Origin: Nanobdellota archaeon
GTDB lineage: Archaea; Aenigmatarchaeota; Aenigmatarchaeia; QMZP01
Length of the DNA stretch: 64,000 nt
Direction: 5' to 3'
Assembly (NCBI GenBank): GCA_018816245.1
Contig: JAHIVW010000003.1
Coordinates: forward strand, 321,453 to 385,452
Made by a program: the position numbers and the translations under genes. The notes beneath the pieces were generated by a model. That model searched no databases and was not told the DNA's origin. It worked only from the letters and a program-made list of their open reading frames with translations. Below, in pieces: positions 26,880 to 36,169 of the stretch. Positions within the stretch are counted from its first letter, which is position 1, and each line of letters starts with the position of its first letter.

Positions 26880-27727
26880 TTGTTTGTCTTCTGTCTTATA
26901 ACAGCATTTCTCTGAATCTGCTTGAAGGCGATAACCGCAGCGCCTGCATAGTCATCTGTGTCCTGCTTCTGATAAGCGTAGTTCACTGCTGAAGAAGCAT
27001 TGATCCGACAAAGAGGAAGAGGATAAGCGGCATGCTTCAATGATCTCATGATTTCTTCCACTGTTCCGCCCTGACCGCCGATACCCGGAATGAGTAAGGG
27101 AAGCTCTTTGCCACTCTTCGTGAACTGTGTTGCGATGTTTTCAAGTTCCTCGGGGTAGGTCGCGCCGAGCACGGCTCCTGTCCCAAGCTGTGCCCACTGG
27201 AGAAGCTGATCTGCAACCTTCTGATATAGAGGGACTCCTTCAATGAGGAGGTCTTGGATATCCCCGGCACCAGGGTTTGAAGTTCGACAGAGAACATAGA
27301 CACCCCTGTCGGCGTAGTGAAGGAAGGGAGCAATCGAATCTGAACCCATGTATGGTGCAACGGTGACAGCATCGACGTTCCAGAAAACAAAGCAGGCTTT
27401 TGCGTAGGCGGCGCTTGTTTTGCCGATGTCGCCTCGTTTTGCATCAAGAATGATGGGGATGTTTGCTGCTCGCCAGATTGTGATCACGTTTTGGAGCGCT
27501 CGAAGTCCTTCAAATCCATATTGTTCGTAGAAGGCAATGTTCGGCTTAATTGCTCCCGGGAGCACGTTTTCACTCTGGAATGCTTCGAAAAGATCGGTAT
27601 AGAATTTTGTGATAACCTTTTCCGGGTTGCCTTTAATAGGAATCTTTTCCAGGACAGGATCAAGACCAACACAGATGATGCTGCCCGTTCGCTCCGTTGT
27701 TGTGCGGAGGAGATCAAGGTAGGTCAT
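26876..27727 (-). CDS. pyrF: Orotidine 5'-phosphate decarboxylase (type 2)
   Basis: ILDAKRGDIGKTSAAYA motif. There is a 4-nt overlap with argS. Confidence 0.9.
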   Translation of the reverse strand: MTYLDLLRTTTERTGSIICVGLDPVLEKIPIKGNPEKVITKFYTDLFEAFQSENVLPGAIKPNIAFYEQYGFEGLRALQNVITIWRAANIPIILDAKRGDIGKTSAAYAKACFVFWNVDAVTVAPYMGSDSIAPFLHYADRGVYVLCRTSNPGAGDIQDLLIEGVPLYQKVADQLLQWAQLGTGAVLGATYPEELENIATQFTKSGKELPLLIPGIGGQGGTVEEIMRSLKHAAYPLPLCRINASSAVNYAYQKQDTDDYAGAAVIAFKQIQRNAVIRQKTNK

Positions 27728-28647
27728 AACGTTTTCAAATTTCCTTTGACATCTTCGATAGTTTCGTATCCTTTCTTTGCCATGAGTTCGTTGAATTCCC
27801 GTTCAATCCTCTCAAAACAACCGTGTTTTTCCTTCATGAATGTTGTTCCGATCTGCACTGCTGTTGCCCCAGCAAGAATGAATTCAAAGACGTCGGTTCC
27901 GGAAGAGATACCACCGACACCAACAATATCGATAGTTGGGTTGAGGAGTTCAGAAAATTTCCGGACATTGGCAAGTGCTGTTGGCTTGACATAGGCACCA
28001 CCAAGACCGCCGAAACCATTTTTCGGCCGGATAATAACTTGTTCTTTTTCCGGATCAATAACGAGTGCATTGCCAATCGCGTTAATGCAGGTTACAAATC
28101 GTACATTATTTCTGTTAAGAATTGCTGCGATTTGCTCGAAATGGACGAAATCAAAATAGGGTGGGAGTTTCACACCAAGCGGTTTCTTTGTGATATGCAT
28201 GATCTTTCCAAGGACGTCATCGGTTTGTTCGGGATCATAACCCATTTGTGGTTTGCCAATGACATTCGGGCATGAAAGATTAAACTCAATGAGATCAACA
28301 GGAGCATCGTTAAGCGCCTGGATAATCGTGAGATTGTCTTCTAATGAAAGACCAGAAACACTTGCAATGATCGGTTTGTTGTATTTTTTAAGAAGCGGTG
28401 CGAACGCGATGTATTTTTTGTAGCCAAGGTTTGGGAGGCCCATGGAATTCAGGGAACCGTGGGGGATGTCTTGATAGCGGGGTTCAGGATTCCCCTCCCG
28501 CGCTTCGAGCGTGCATGATTTCATGGTGATTGCGGCGGCATGTGATTCACCAAGCACAGTGAGTTCTTCTAATGTTGCATCCAAGGGACCAGCTGCATTG
28601 AAGATAGGATGTTCCAGTTCAATGCCAGCGACTGTTGTCTTTAACAT
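27724..28647 (-). CDS. pyrD: Dihydroorotate dehydrogenase, class 1
   Basis: NLSCPN active-site Cys loop and GVGGISSG FMN loop. No adjacent pyrK was seen. Confidence 0.92.
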   Translation of the reverse strand: MLKTTVAGIELEHPIFNAAGPLDATLEELTVLGESHAAAITMKSCTLEAREGNPEPRYQDIPHGSLNSMGLPNLGYKKYIAFAPLLKKYNKPIIASVSGLSLEDNLTIIQALNDAPVDLIEFNLSCPNVIGKPQMGYDPEQTDDVLGKIMHITKKPLGVKLPPYFDFVHFEQIAAILNRNNVRFVTCINAIGNALVIDPEKEQVIIRPKNGFGGLGGAYVKPTALANVRKFSELLNPTIDIVGVGGISSGTDVFEFILAGATAVQIGTTFMKEKHGCFERIEREFNELMAKKGYETIEDVKGNLKTL

Positions 28648-29908
28648 ACATCCCCTCCTGTTCGAAGAATTTTCCTTCTTTGTAGACGATATTCCCGTTC
28701 ACAATTGTCATACCGAGCCAGCCCTTCACTGAGATTCCATCAAACGGTGTCCACCCACATTTTGAGAATTGCTGATTGTTGGTAATGGTTTCTTCCTTTT
28801 TCATATCAATAACAACAAGATCAGCATAAAACCCTTCTTTAATTTGGCCCCGTTCCATGATGCCAAAGTGTTTCGCTGGGTGCTCAGCGCAGAGTTTGAC
28901 AATATCACAAAGCCCGAGGGTTCCTTTGTTGACTTCGTTGAGGAGAAGCGGGAGCATGGTTTGAACCCCAGGGACACCACATGGTGCGGTTTCAAAGGGA
29001 GCGCGTTTTTCTTCTACCGTGTGCGGCGCATGATCTGTCGCAATGAGATCAACAATACCTTCCTTGATTCCTTGCCAGAGGGCTTCCCGATCTTGAACAG
29101 AACGAAGCGGTGGATTCATCTTCCCGAAGTTACCATGTTCTTTGAAGAATGAGTTATCAAGGAAGAGGTGATGCGGAGCGACTTCACAGGTTACGGAAGG
29201 TGGTTTGTTTGCCCGGAGGAAGTCGATCTCCTCTTTTGTTGAAAGGTGTGCAATATGAACGTGTTTTTTGGACATGTTTGCTAAGAGCGCTGCCGTCACG
29301 GTTGAGACAAGCGCGGCAAGATTGTCCCGCATCTTATGGTGCATCTTCGTCTCCGCGTATTTCTGGGAGAAATAGGTGATCAACTTCTCGTTCTCCGCGT
29401 GCACAACGACAGGTTTCTTTGTCTGGTGGAGGAGGTGTGCGAGATCTTGTGGGTTATCGAGAAGGAGGTCTCCGGTACTTGAGCCAAGATAGGCTTTGAT
29501 GGCAACGGCGTCGGTGTCGTTGAGAATGTCAAGATTTTCTGTGGTTGCGCCTACATAGAACCCATAATTCACGATGGATTTCTTTGCTGCTTCCTTCTTC
29601 TTTTCAAGATCGTCCTGTGAAATAATGGGAGGACTGTTGTTTGGCATGTCGAGGATCGTTGTGACACCGCCGGCAGCTGCTGCCTTGCTACCGGAACAGA
29701 AGTCTTCCTTGTGTGTTTGTCCTGGATCACGGAAGTGGACATGGACATCAATGAGACCAGGAAGAACGGTTTTCCCAGAAATGTCTTCTTCTATGTCAGC
29801 GGTCAGCTTCTGGCCAATCTGCCTAATGCGCCCGTTTTCAATAAGAATGTCTGCAGCAACGAGTTTTCCTTCAGTGAACACCTTGCAATTTTTCAGGACA
29901 AGGCTCAT
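28619..29908 (-). CDS. pyrC: Dihydroorotase
   Basis: GLIDVHVHFRDPG metal-binding motif. The ATG at 29908 forms an ATGA overlap with the pyrE stop. An alternative ATG lies at 29920. Confidence 0.9.
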   Translation of the reverse strand: MSLVLKNCKVFTEGKLVAADILIENGRIRQIGQKLTADIEEDISGKTVLPGLIDVHVHFRDPGQTHKEDFCSGSKAAAAGGVTTILDMPNNSPPIISQDDLEKKKEAAKKSIVNYGFYVGATTENLDILNDTDAVAIKAYLGSSTGDLLLDNPQDLAHLLHQTKKPVVVHAENEKLITYFSQKYAETKMHHKMRDNLAALVSTVTAALLANMSKKHVHIAHLSTKEEIDFLRANKPPSVTCEVAPHHLFLDNSFFKEHGNFGKMNPPLRSVQDREALWQGIKEGIVDLIATDHAPHTVEEKRAPFETAPCGVPGVQTMLPLLLNEVNKGTLGLCDIVKLCAEHPAKHFGIMERGQIKEGFYADLVVIDMKKEETITNNQQFSKCGWTPFDGISVKGWLGMTIVNGNIVYKEGKFFEQEGMYVKDNSRWH

Positions 29909-30525
29909 GCGCGCCTCCATGCGTCTGGGTCCTTACTCCAAGAGAGGACAAGGTCTTTTTGTTCTGGTGTGATGTATCCTGTCTTTGTGGCAAGCATTAC
30001 CACGTCGGTGAATGTTGTTAAGGGATGGAGGGTACATTGCGCCTTCTGGTATCCATCTTTTGCTATTTGTAATTCGTAGGTAAAGATTGCAATGCAGTCA
30101 GTGACGATACCACCAGCAACTCGGACTGCGTCAACAGCACCAAGGGAACTCCCGCCAGTGGAAACCAAGTCCTCGATCACAACAACGTTTTGTCCTTTCT
30201 CGAGGTTACCTTCAATTTGGTTCTGCTTGCCGTAGCCTTTGGCTTTCCTCCGAACATAAACCATGGGTTTCTTGAGTTCCTGCACTAACCATGCTGCCCA
30301 CGCAATGCCTGCTGTTGCGGTTCCTGCGATGACATCGAAGTCAAGTGGTTTGAGGACAGCGAGGAATGCATCGATAATCTTCTCCCGTTGTTCCGGGAAA
30401 CTCAGGAGGAGACGGTTGTCGCAGTAGATCGGGCTCTTAATACCTGATGTGAAGGTAAACGGAGTGTCTGGTTGAAGTGTCACGGCTTTGGTCTCGAGTA
30501 GGATCTGGGCAATGTCCCCTTCCAT
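29905..30525 (-). CDS. pyrE: Orotate phosphoribosyltransferase
   Basis: PRPP-binding loop VVVIEDLVSTGGS. Confidence 0.92.
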   Translation of the reverse strand: MEGDIAQILLETKAVTLQPDTPFTFTSGIKSPIYCDNRLLLSFPEQREKIIDAFLAVLKPLDFDVIAGTATAGIAWAAWLVQELKKPMVYVRRKAKGYGKQNQIEGNLEKGQNVVVIEDLVSTGGSSLGAVDAVRVAGGIVTDCIAIFTYELQIAKDGYQKAQCTLHPLTTFTDVVMLATKTGYITPEQKDLVLSWSKDPDAWRRA

Positions 30526-30527
30526 GA

Positions 30528-30647
30528 TAGCCCCGCCCGGATTCGAACCGGGGTCGACGGGTGTCCTCTTTCACAGCGATGCTCTCGCTCAACGCTTTGG
30601 GTGTGAAACCCAAGGCCCGTAATCTTTGACCGCTAGACGACGGGGCT
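30528..30647 (-). tRNA. tRNA-Gln (anticodon UUG) with a 47-nt intron at the canonical 37/38 position
   Basis: The acceptor stem is AGCCCCG/CGGGGCT (A1-U72, typical of archaeal tRNA-Gln). The T arm is CCCGG-TTCGAAT-CCGGG. The anticodon stem is ACGGG/CCCGT. An hBHBh' motif consists of the 4-bp helix CCTT/GAGG flanked by the 3-nt bulges GGG and ACA, plus an outer helix TTTC/GAAA. The intron is at about 30563-30609. The mature loop is CCUUGGA. Confidence 0.8.
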
Positions 30648-30682
30648 GTTTGGAGAAATGATGGACAAGAGAACATTAAAAG

Positions 30683-30892
30683 CTACTTCTTCAGCGCCCG
30701 CATGCCCTGTTGCGTGACCACGTAGCAGTTGCCCATGCTTTCAACGGCCTCAACGTAGCCGAATTCGCGGAGCCGCTGGAGGCTGACGTCGTTGCTCCCG
30801 TCTTTTGTTTTGAGGGCATTCATCAGTTCCAGTTTGGTCATGAGGAGATTCTTCCCCATAAGCTCGAGAATCTTCTTGTCGGTCTCGGTCAT
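30683..30892 (-). CDS. Small winged-helix DNA-binding protein
   Basis: MTETDKKILELMGKNLLMTKLELMNAL...LQRLREFGYVE has an HTH-like pattern. 69 aa from the internal ATG. Confidence 0.45.
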   Translation of the reverse strand: MTETDKKILELMGKNLLMTKLELMNALKTKDGSNDVSLQRLREFGYVEAVESMGNCYVVTQQGMRALKK

Positions 30893-30920
30893 GATACCAT
30901 TTGCCTTGCGTAACATGAGA

Positions 30921-31490
30921 TCACACGCGGAGATAGGTTACTGGTTCGCTGGGAAGAGCGCCAAGATCTTCTCGCAATCGTGCAGCTTTGGCCTTGCCCT
31001 TCAGTTCCTCAACAAGTTTGAGCGCAAAATCAATAGCTGTCGCAGATCCTTGTGCTGTGATAATGTTGCCGTCAACAACGATGCGTCCGGATCGGGGCAT
31101 GGTCAATTCGCGCTCCATGCCTGGGGCCACGGTGGCCCGTTTGTCATGGAGGATGCCACACTTGGCGAGGATAATCGGAGCGCGGTCAATTGCAGCGAGC
31201 AACTTCTTCTGTTGGTTGAACCGGGTAACCATTGAGGTCAGTGTTTTGGATTGGAGAAAAATGTTGTTTGCGGGATCGCCGGAAACAAGGACCATGGCAT
31301 CGAAGTCGTCCGGGTTGATGTCCTTGAGTTGCCGGTCAGCAGTCAGGTTGAGACCATGGGAGCCTTGGATCATGGTTCCCGGGAGACCGGCAGTCACGAC
31401 AGAGAGGCCAGCTCTTTTGAGAATGTTGATCGAGACGATTGCCTCAAGTTCATCAAAGCCTTTGGAAAGTGGAATAAGGATTTTTGCCAT
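30921..31490 (-). CDS. DJ-1/PfpI (ThiJ) family protein lacking the nucleophile Cys
   Basis: MAKILIPLSKGFDELEAIVSINILKRAG...DAMVLVSG...LLAAIDRAPIILAK. The usual AIC nucleophile elbow reads AID. Confidence 0.8.
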   Translation of the reverse strand: MAKILIPLSKGFDELEAIVSINILKRAGLSVVTAGLPGTMIQGSHGLNLTADRQLKDINPDDFDAMVLVSGDPANNIFLQSKTLTSMVTRFNQQKKLLAAIDRAPIILAKCGILHDKRATVAPGMERELTMPRSGRIVVDGNIITAQGSATAIDFALKLVEELKGKAKAARLREDLGALPSEPVTYLRV

Positions 31491-31604
31491 GCACAACCCC
31501 GGATGTGCTTTATTGGGTGCGAACGTTTATATCTGCTTTGATGGAGAGGAACATAACACCGTTATACATCCAAGACACCATATTTAAACCTTGATACCCA
31601 CAGC

Positions 31605-32042
31605 TTGCCTATGCCAGTTATCGGCTTTACCTTCCAACGCCTTGAAGGGCAGCGCCTCGGTGGCCAGCCCACCGGCGAGATCAAGATCAACTCCACTCCC
31701 AAGATTACCGAACTGAAGGAAGTTGGCCTGCCGAACACCGACAAGAAAGGGATTGACTTCACCTTCGAATTTGTAACAGACTACAATCCTGATGTGGGGA
31801 AGGTCACGGTCTCGGGAAACGTTCTCTTTGTCTCTGACAAGCACAAGGAAATCATGGCTCACTGGAAAGAGAAGAAGGCCCTCCTCGATGATATTTCTGT
31901 TGAGGTTCTGAACTATCTCTTCCGTCGCTGCTTGGTACAGATCACTGCGATTGCAGACGATCTCCAGCTGCCGCCGCCAGTTGCGCTTCCTCGCGTGGAA
32001 CACAAAAAGAAAGAGAAGCCTGCGGACAAGGGTGTTGGGTAA
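31605..32042 (+). CDS. Hypothetical protein (145 aa); weak resemblance to SecB-like chaperones
   Basis: Beta-rich N-terminal half, then LNYLFRRCLVQITAIADDLQLPPPVALPRV and a basic tail. The assignment is tentative. Confidence 0.45.
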   Translation: MPMPVIGFTFQRLEGQRLGGQPTGEIKINSTPKITELKEVGLPNTDKKGIDFTFEFVTDYNPDVGKVTVSGNVLFVSDKHKEIMAHWKEKKALLDDISVEVLNYLFRRCLVQITAIADDLQLPPPVALPRVEHKKKEKPADKGVG

Positions 32043-32045
32043 CTT

Positions 32046-32324
32046 CTAAAGAAACAACAACACAACAAACCCGAGCACGACGAATGCAAGCACAATCAGG
32101 TACAGGATTCCCTTTCCTGAAGCAAAGAAGAACTTTCCAACAAAGAAGGCAAAGATACTGAAGAAAATAATCGTCGGGCCAATTGTGAAGGCACCACCTG
32201 AGGTCACAAAGGAGACAAAGCTTTTCAAAAATGATTGCAACCACTCGACTGCGGTAAAGACGAACGAGAAGCCATTACTCATGATTGTATTTTGCAGGGT
32301 AAACAGCTGCTCCAGAATCGTCAT
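32046..32324 (-). CDS. Small membrane protein (3 TM)
   Basis: 92 aa and hydrophobic. It lies downstream of the PadR gene. Confidence 0.45.
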   Translation of the reverse strand: MTILEQLFTLQNTIMSNGFSFVFTAVEWLQSFLKSFVSFVTSGGAFTIGPTIIFFSIFAFFVGKFFFASGKGILYLIVLAFVVLGFVVLLFL

Positions 32325-32354
32325 AGGATCCTTTTTGGGTTCTGGACTGATAAA

Positions 32355-32660
32355 TCAGGAAGCAAGGCGTTTCACAAGATCTTTGTAGAAGGAGCGCGCC
32401 CGCTGCAGTTCTCCTTTTCCCTTTTCTGTGAGGGAGTAGACACGCTTGCGTCCTTGCACGGTTTTTTTCACAAACCCGTCTTTTTCCAGAAGGTAGAGGA
32501 CCTTGTACGCGGTCATGGTCCCTGGCCGGAATCCATAGCGCTGCTCAATTGTGGCACGGATCGTATACGCGTGGGTCGGCCCGTCCTTGAGGATGCGGAG
32601 CACGTACACCCAGAGACAGTCAGTGGTGTTGAGTTTCCTCAGGCGGTCTGTCGGTTGCAT
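32355..32660 (-). CDS. PadR-family transcriptional regulator
   Basis: WVYVLRILKDGPTHAYTIRATIEQRYGFRPGTMTAYKVLYLLEKDGFV. Confidence 0.85.
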   Translation of the reverse strand: MQPTDRLRKLNTTDCLWVYVLRILKDGPTHAYTIRATIEQRYGFRPGTMTAYKVLYLLEKDGFVKKTVQGRKRVYSLTEKGKGELQRARSFYKDLVKRLAS

Positions 32661-32751
32661 GAGATTCCCTTGGTTTCTGGACGTAAAAGCGACTATTTTA
32701 CAATCATAAAAGTATTTAAGGGTCTGGTCCTATGAAAGAACTAGTGATTGC

Positions 32752-33849
32752 ATGGGAATCCGACTTGCTGTCGCCGGCGTGGGAAACTGCGCCAGCTCGC
32801 TGATTCAGGGGCTGTCCTACTACAAGGACGTTTCTGATACGAATGAATTGGTTCCCGGTCTCATGCACAATATCCTTGGTCCCTATAAGATCAGCGACGT
32901 CCAGCCGGTCGCGGCGTTTGACGTGGACGCCCGAAAGGTCGGCAAGGATCTGAGTGAAGCAATCTTCGCCCTCCCAAACTGCACGACCCGTTTTCAGAAC
33001 GATGTTCCCCGCTACGACGTCACGGTGCAGATGGGCCCGGTGCTTGACGGCGTTGCCAGCCACATGAAGGACTACCCGCCACACCAGAGTTTCGTTGTCG
33101 CAGACAAGAAGCCGGTGGATGTTGCCAAGATCTTGAAGGAAACCAAGGCAGACGTGCTCGTCTGCTACATGCCTGTTGGTTCTGAAGACGCGGTCCAGTA
33201 CTATGCACAGGCTGCGCTGGATGCGGGCGTCGCGTACGTGAACTGTATGCCAGTGTTCATTGCGTCAAATCCCGCGTGGGCACGGAAGTTCGAAGATGCA
33301 AATATTCCTATTATTGGTGATGATATCAAAAGCCAAGTTGGTGCGACCATCACCCACCGCGTGCTGACGCGATTGTTCCATGACCGGGGGGTGAAGATCG
33401 ACCGGACGTACCAACTGAATACCGGCGGGAACACTGACTTCCTGAACATGCTTGAACGCGCCCGGCTGAAGAGTAAGAAGATCTCGAAGACCGAGGCTGT
33501 GCAGTCGCAGCTACCGGCACCAATCGAGCCTGATAATATTCATATTGGCCCATCGGACTACGTTCCGTGGCAGAAGGATAACAAGATCTGCTTCATTCGC
33601 ATGGAAGGGCGAAAGTTTGGGAATGTACCGATTGAGCTTGAGCTGCGATTGTCTGTTGAAGACTCCCCGAACTCTGCTGGCGTGGTGATCGACGCGATTC
33701 GGTGCGCAAAACTCGCAAAAGATCGTGGTATTGGTGGTCCGTTGATTTCTCCCTCTTCCTACTTCATGAAACATCCACCGCAGCAGTTCCCGGATACAAT
33801 CTGCCGGAACATGGTTGAGGAATTCATCAAAGGTGTGCGAGAGCGGTAA
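32752..33849 (+). CDS. ino1: myo-Inositol-1-phosphate synthase
   Basis: [19 protein letters not shown] is the Rossmann motif. Also [15 protein letters not shown] and [10 protein letters not shown], as in archaeal/bacterial MIPS. Confidence 0.9.
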   Translation: MGIRLAVAGVGNCASSLIQGLSYYKDVSDTNELVPGLMHNILGPYKISDVQPVAAFDVDARKVGKDLSEAIFALPNCTTRFQNDVPRYDVTVQMGPVLDGVASHMKDYPPHQSFVVADKKPVDVAKILKETKADVLVCYMPVGSEDAVQYYAQAALDAGVAYVNCMPVFIASNPAWARKFEDANIPIIGDDIKSQVGATITHRVLTRLFHDRGVKIDRTYQLNTGGNTDFLNMLERARLKSKKISKTEAVQSQLPAPIEPDNIHIGPSDYVPWQKDNKICFIRMEGRKFGNVPIELELRLSVEDSPNSAGVVIDAIRCAKLAKDRGIGGPLISPSSYFMKHPPQQFPDTICRNMVEEFIKGVRER

Positions 33850-34000
33850 GTCAGGAAGGAAAGAAGGAGGGGGTCACACGCGAACGCGTGGTCATTCCGT
33901 TGTTGCATGGGGGTACTGATCCATTCTCCTGACCTATATAAAGTCTTCTCCGGACTGCTTCCCGAGTGATTCCCAAATTGAATTGTGACCCACTGTTTCA

Positions 34001-34008
34001 TTTATATA
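34001..34008 (+). promoter_or_regulatory. TATA-box-like TTTATATA upstream of the L7Ae-S28e-L24e operon
   Basis: Consensus archaeal TATA element about 55-60 nt upstream of the rpl7ae ATG. Confidence 0.4.
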
Positions 34009-34062
34009 CCCCCCTGCTATACTATAGCCGATATTTGACCGGAGACTGCGGTCGAGGAAGGG

Positions 34063-34437
34063 ATGACTATGCCAGGATTTGTGAAATTCGAGGTTGACAA
34101 GGACCTCACCCAGAAAACTCTTGAGGCGATCGGCCTCGCGAAGACGAGCGGCAAGCTCCGCAAGGGTGTTAATGAAACAACCAAGGCACTCGAACGAGGC
34201 ATTGCCAAGTTTGTAGTGATGGCGGTTGACGTGACACCTGAAGAGGTGCTCATGCACGTACCCGTGATCTGTGAGGAAAAGAACGTTCCTTACAGCTATG
34301 TGGTCAGTAAGCTCGAGCTCGGGAAGGCCGCAGGCATTGAGGTACCAACATCCTCGATCGCCGTGATCGAAGAAGGCGAAGCCAAGAAAGTGATCGCTGA
34401 GATCGCTGCGAAGATCAAGACGCTCAAAGGGAAGTAA
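34063..34437 (+). CDS. rpl7ae: Ribosomal protein L7Ae (K-turn binding)
   Basis: KLRKGVNETTKALERGIAKFVVMAVDV...PYSYVVSKLELGKAAG. Confidence 0.95.
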   Translation: MTMPGFVKFEVDKDLTQKTLEAIGLAKTSGKLRKGVNETTKALERGIAKFVVMAVDVTPEEVLMHVPVICEEKNVPYSYVVSKLELGKAAGIEVPTSSIAVIEEGEAKKVIAEIAAKIKTLKGK

Positions 34438-34439
34438 GT

Positions 34440-34646
34440 ATGGCAACTGCTGCTGAGGTACTGACGATCATGGGCCGCCTTGGTGTGAAGGGCGTCCGGC
34501 GCGTTCGCTGCCGAGTACTCGAGGGCGAGGACAAGGACAAGGTACTCGTCCGAAATGTTGTGGGTTCTATCCAGAAAGGTGACGTGATCATCTTGAAGGA
34601 AACCTCAATGGATGTTGCCGGCAAGCTCCAAAAGCGAGGCGGATAA
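34440..34646 (+). CDS. rps28e: Ribosomal protein S28e
   Basis: AEVLTIMGRLGVKGVRRVRCRVLEGEDKDKVLVRNVVGSIQKGDVIILKE. Confidence 0.95.
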   Translation: MATAAEVLTIMGRLGVKGVRRVRCRVLEGEDKDKVLVRNVVGSIQKGDVIILKETSMDVAGKLQKRGG

Positions 34647-34647
34647 C

Positions 34648-34878
34648 ATGAAATGTTCTTTTTGTTCTGATTCCCTACCAGCAGGCGCGGGCAAGATGCT
34701 CGTGAAGCTGGACGGGACAGTCTTGTATTTCTGCGGCAGCAAGTGCGAGAAGAACAAGAAGCTGGGCAGGCAAGGAAAGAAGTTCAAGTGGACACAAACG
34801 TCTCGATCACTCCGAAAACCAGGCCCAAAGCCACCTGCGAAGAAAGCAGCACCCAAACAATCTTACACCGTTTTATAA
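34648..34878 (+). CDS. rpl24e: Ribosomal protein L24e
   Basis: MKCSFCSDSLPAGAGKMLVKLDGTVLYFCGSKCEKN is the zinc ribbon. Start is at the internal ATG just after the rps28e stop. Confidence 0.92.
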   Translation: MKCSFCSDSLPAGAGKMLVKLDGTVLYFCGSKCEKNKKLGRQGKKFKWTQTSRSLRKPGPKPPAKKAAPKQSYTVL

Positions 34879-34911
34879 ACCACGCCAGCCAACCTCTGTA
34901 GAGGGGGATTC

Positions 34912-35901
34912 ATGGCGCGAGATGCAGTGACACTAACACTCGTTGATTATAACGAGAAACGATTGACCGAGAAGCGGATTGCCTTCATTGACGAGTGCTT
35001 CCGCTACAAGAACCAGAAAAGCGTGACCTGGGTCCATCTCGACAGCTTGAAGAACACCACCCTCCTCAAGTCCATTGGTGATGGATTCGGGCTCCATCCT
35101 CTTGTTCTTGAAAACATCCTTGATGCTGACCAGCGGGCAAAGATCGAAGACTATGGCGACTATCTCTTTCTCAACTTTAGTGGCTTTGCATTTGACAAGG
35201 CGAAACGATTCCTAACGACACCGATCAGCGCGGTTTTTGGACCGAAGTTCGTGATCACCTTTCAGGAAGGTGGTGAGGACTTCTTTGCACCAGTTCGAGA
35301 ACAGATCAGAAACGCCAAATCACGCATTCGAAAAGAAGGACCGGATTACCTTGTATATGCCATGCTCGATGCACTGGTTGACCAATACTTCACGCTGGTT
35401 GACCAGCTTGAAGAAAATGTCGAGCTGCTGGAAGACCGATTAACCCGCACGTCGTCCCAGAAGTCCCTGCAGAACCTCCACACCCTGAAACGACAACTGA
35501 CCCATCTGCGACGGGCCGTCGCGCCGCTGCGCGATGTTTTGAGCAACCTAGAACGCGGTTCCACAAGAATCATCAAGAAATCAACGATCGTCTACATGCG
35601 TGATGTCTACGAGCACATGATCCATCTCATTGAAACAATTGAAACACTCCGGGAATCGCTGTCGGGTGCATTGGATGTCTACCTTTCCCGTGAAAGCGCC
35701 CGCACGAACGAAATCATGAAGGTGTTGACAGTGATCTCAACCGTGTTCATCCCACTGACGTTCATTACTGGTGTCTACGGCATGAACTTCCACTTCATGC
35801 CGGAAATCCCGTCAGTGTACGGGTACCCTGCAGCGCTCCTGCTGATGTTGTCCATCGGCGGTTTCATGCTTCTCTACTTCCACCGGAAGAAATGGGTTTA
35901 G
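34912..35901 (+). CDS. corA: CorA magnesium/cobalt transporter
   Basis: GVYGMNF signature followed by two C-terminal TM helices. Confidence 0.92.
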   Translation: MARDAVTLTLVDYNEKRLTEKRIAFIDECFRYKNQKSVTWVHLDSLKNTTLLKSIGDGFGLHPLVLENILDADQRAKIEDYGDYLFLNFSGFAFDKAKRFLTTPISAVFGPKFVITFQEGGEDFFAPVREQIRNAKSRIRKEGPDYLVYAMLDALVDQYFTLVDQLEENVELLEDRLTRTSSQKSLQNLHTLKRQLTHLRRAVAPLRDVLSNLERGSTRIIKKSTIVYMRDVYEHMIHLIETIETLRESLSGALDVYLSRESARTNEIMKVLTVISTVFIPLTFITGVYGMNFHFMPEIPSVYGYPAALLLMLSIGGFMLLYFHRKKWV

Positions 35902-36164
35902 ATTAATTTCTCGCTCGTTGTCTTGTTCGTCACGTGAATGACGTTCACTGGGCAGGCATCGGCTGCTTCCTTGTGTCCGTTCAGGTCGGTCACGGTGAGT
36001 TGCTCGCGAATGATTTCCCCGTTTTCTTCAATTCGTTCTGCATCTTTCAGATCGCTCTTCCCGTCTGCTGCCATTTCCCAGAACTGCGGGCACACTGCTG
36101 TGCAGGCACCACAGCCGATACAGCCGGGTCGTTCATGCTCGATCAAGAATTGTTCGTCGGCCAT
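35898..36164 (-). CDS. Small [4Fe-4S] ferredoxin
   Basis: CIGCGACTAVCP plus a distal ACP. It lies directly downstream of the radical SAM gene with a 5-nt gap. Confidence 0.75.
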   Translation of the reverse strand: MADEQFLIEHERPGCIGCGACTAVCPQFWEMAADGKSDLKDAERIEENGEIIREQLTVTDLNGHKEAADACPVNVIHVTNKTTSEKLI

Positions 36165-36169
36165 AACAA

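Noticed and set aside
33934-34446. 170-aa ORF antisense to rpl7ae
   Set aside because: It lies entirely opposite a strongly recognisable L7Ae gene and has no motif of its own. It is a shadow ORF.
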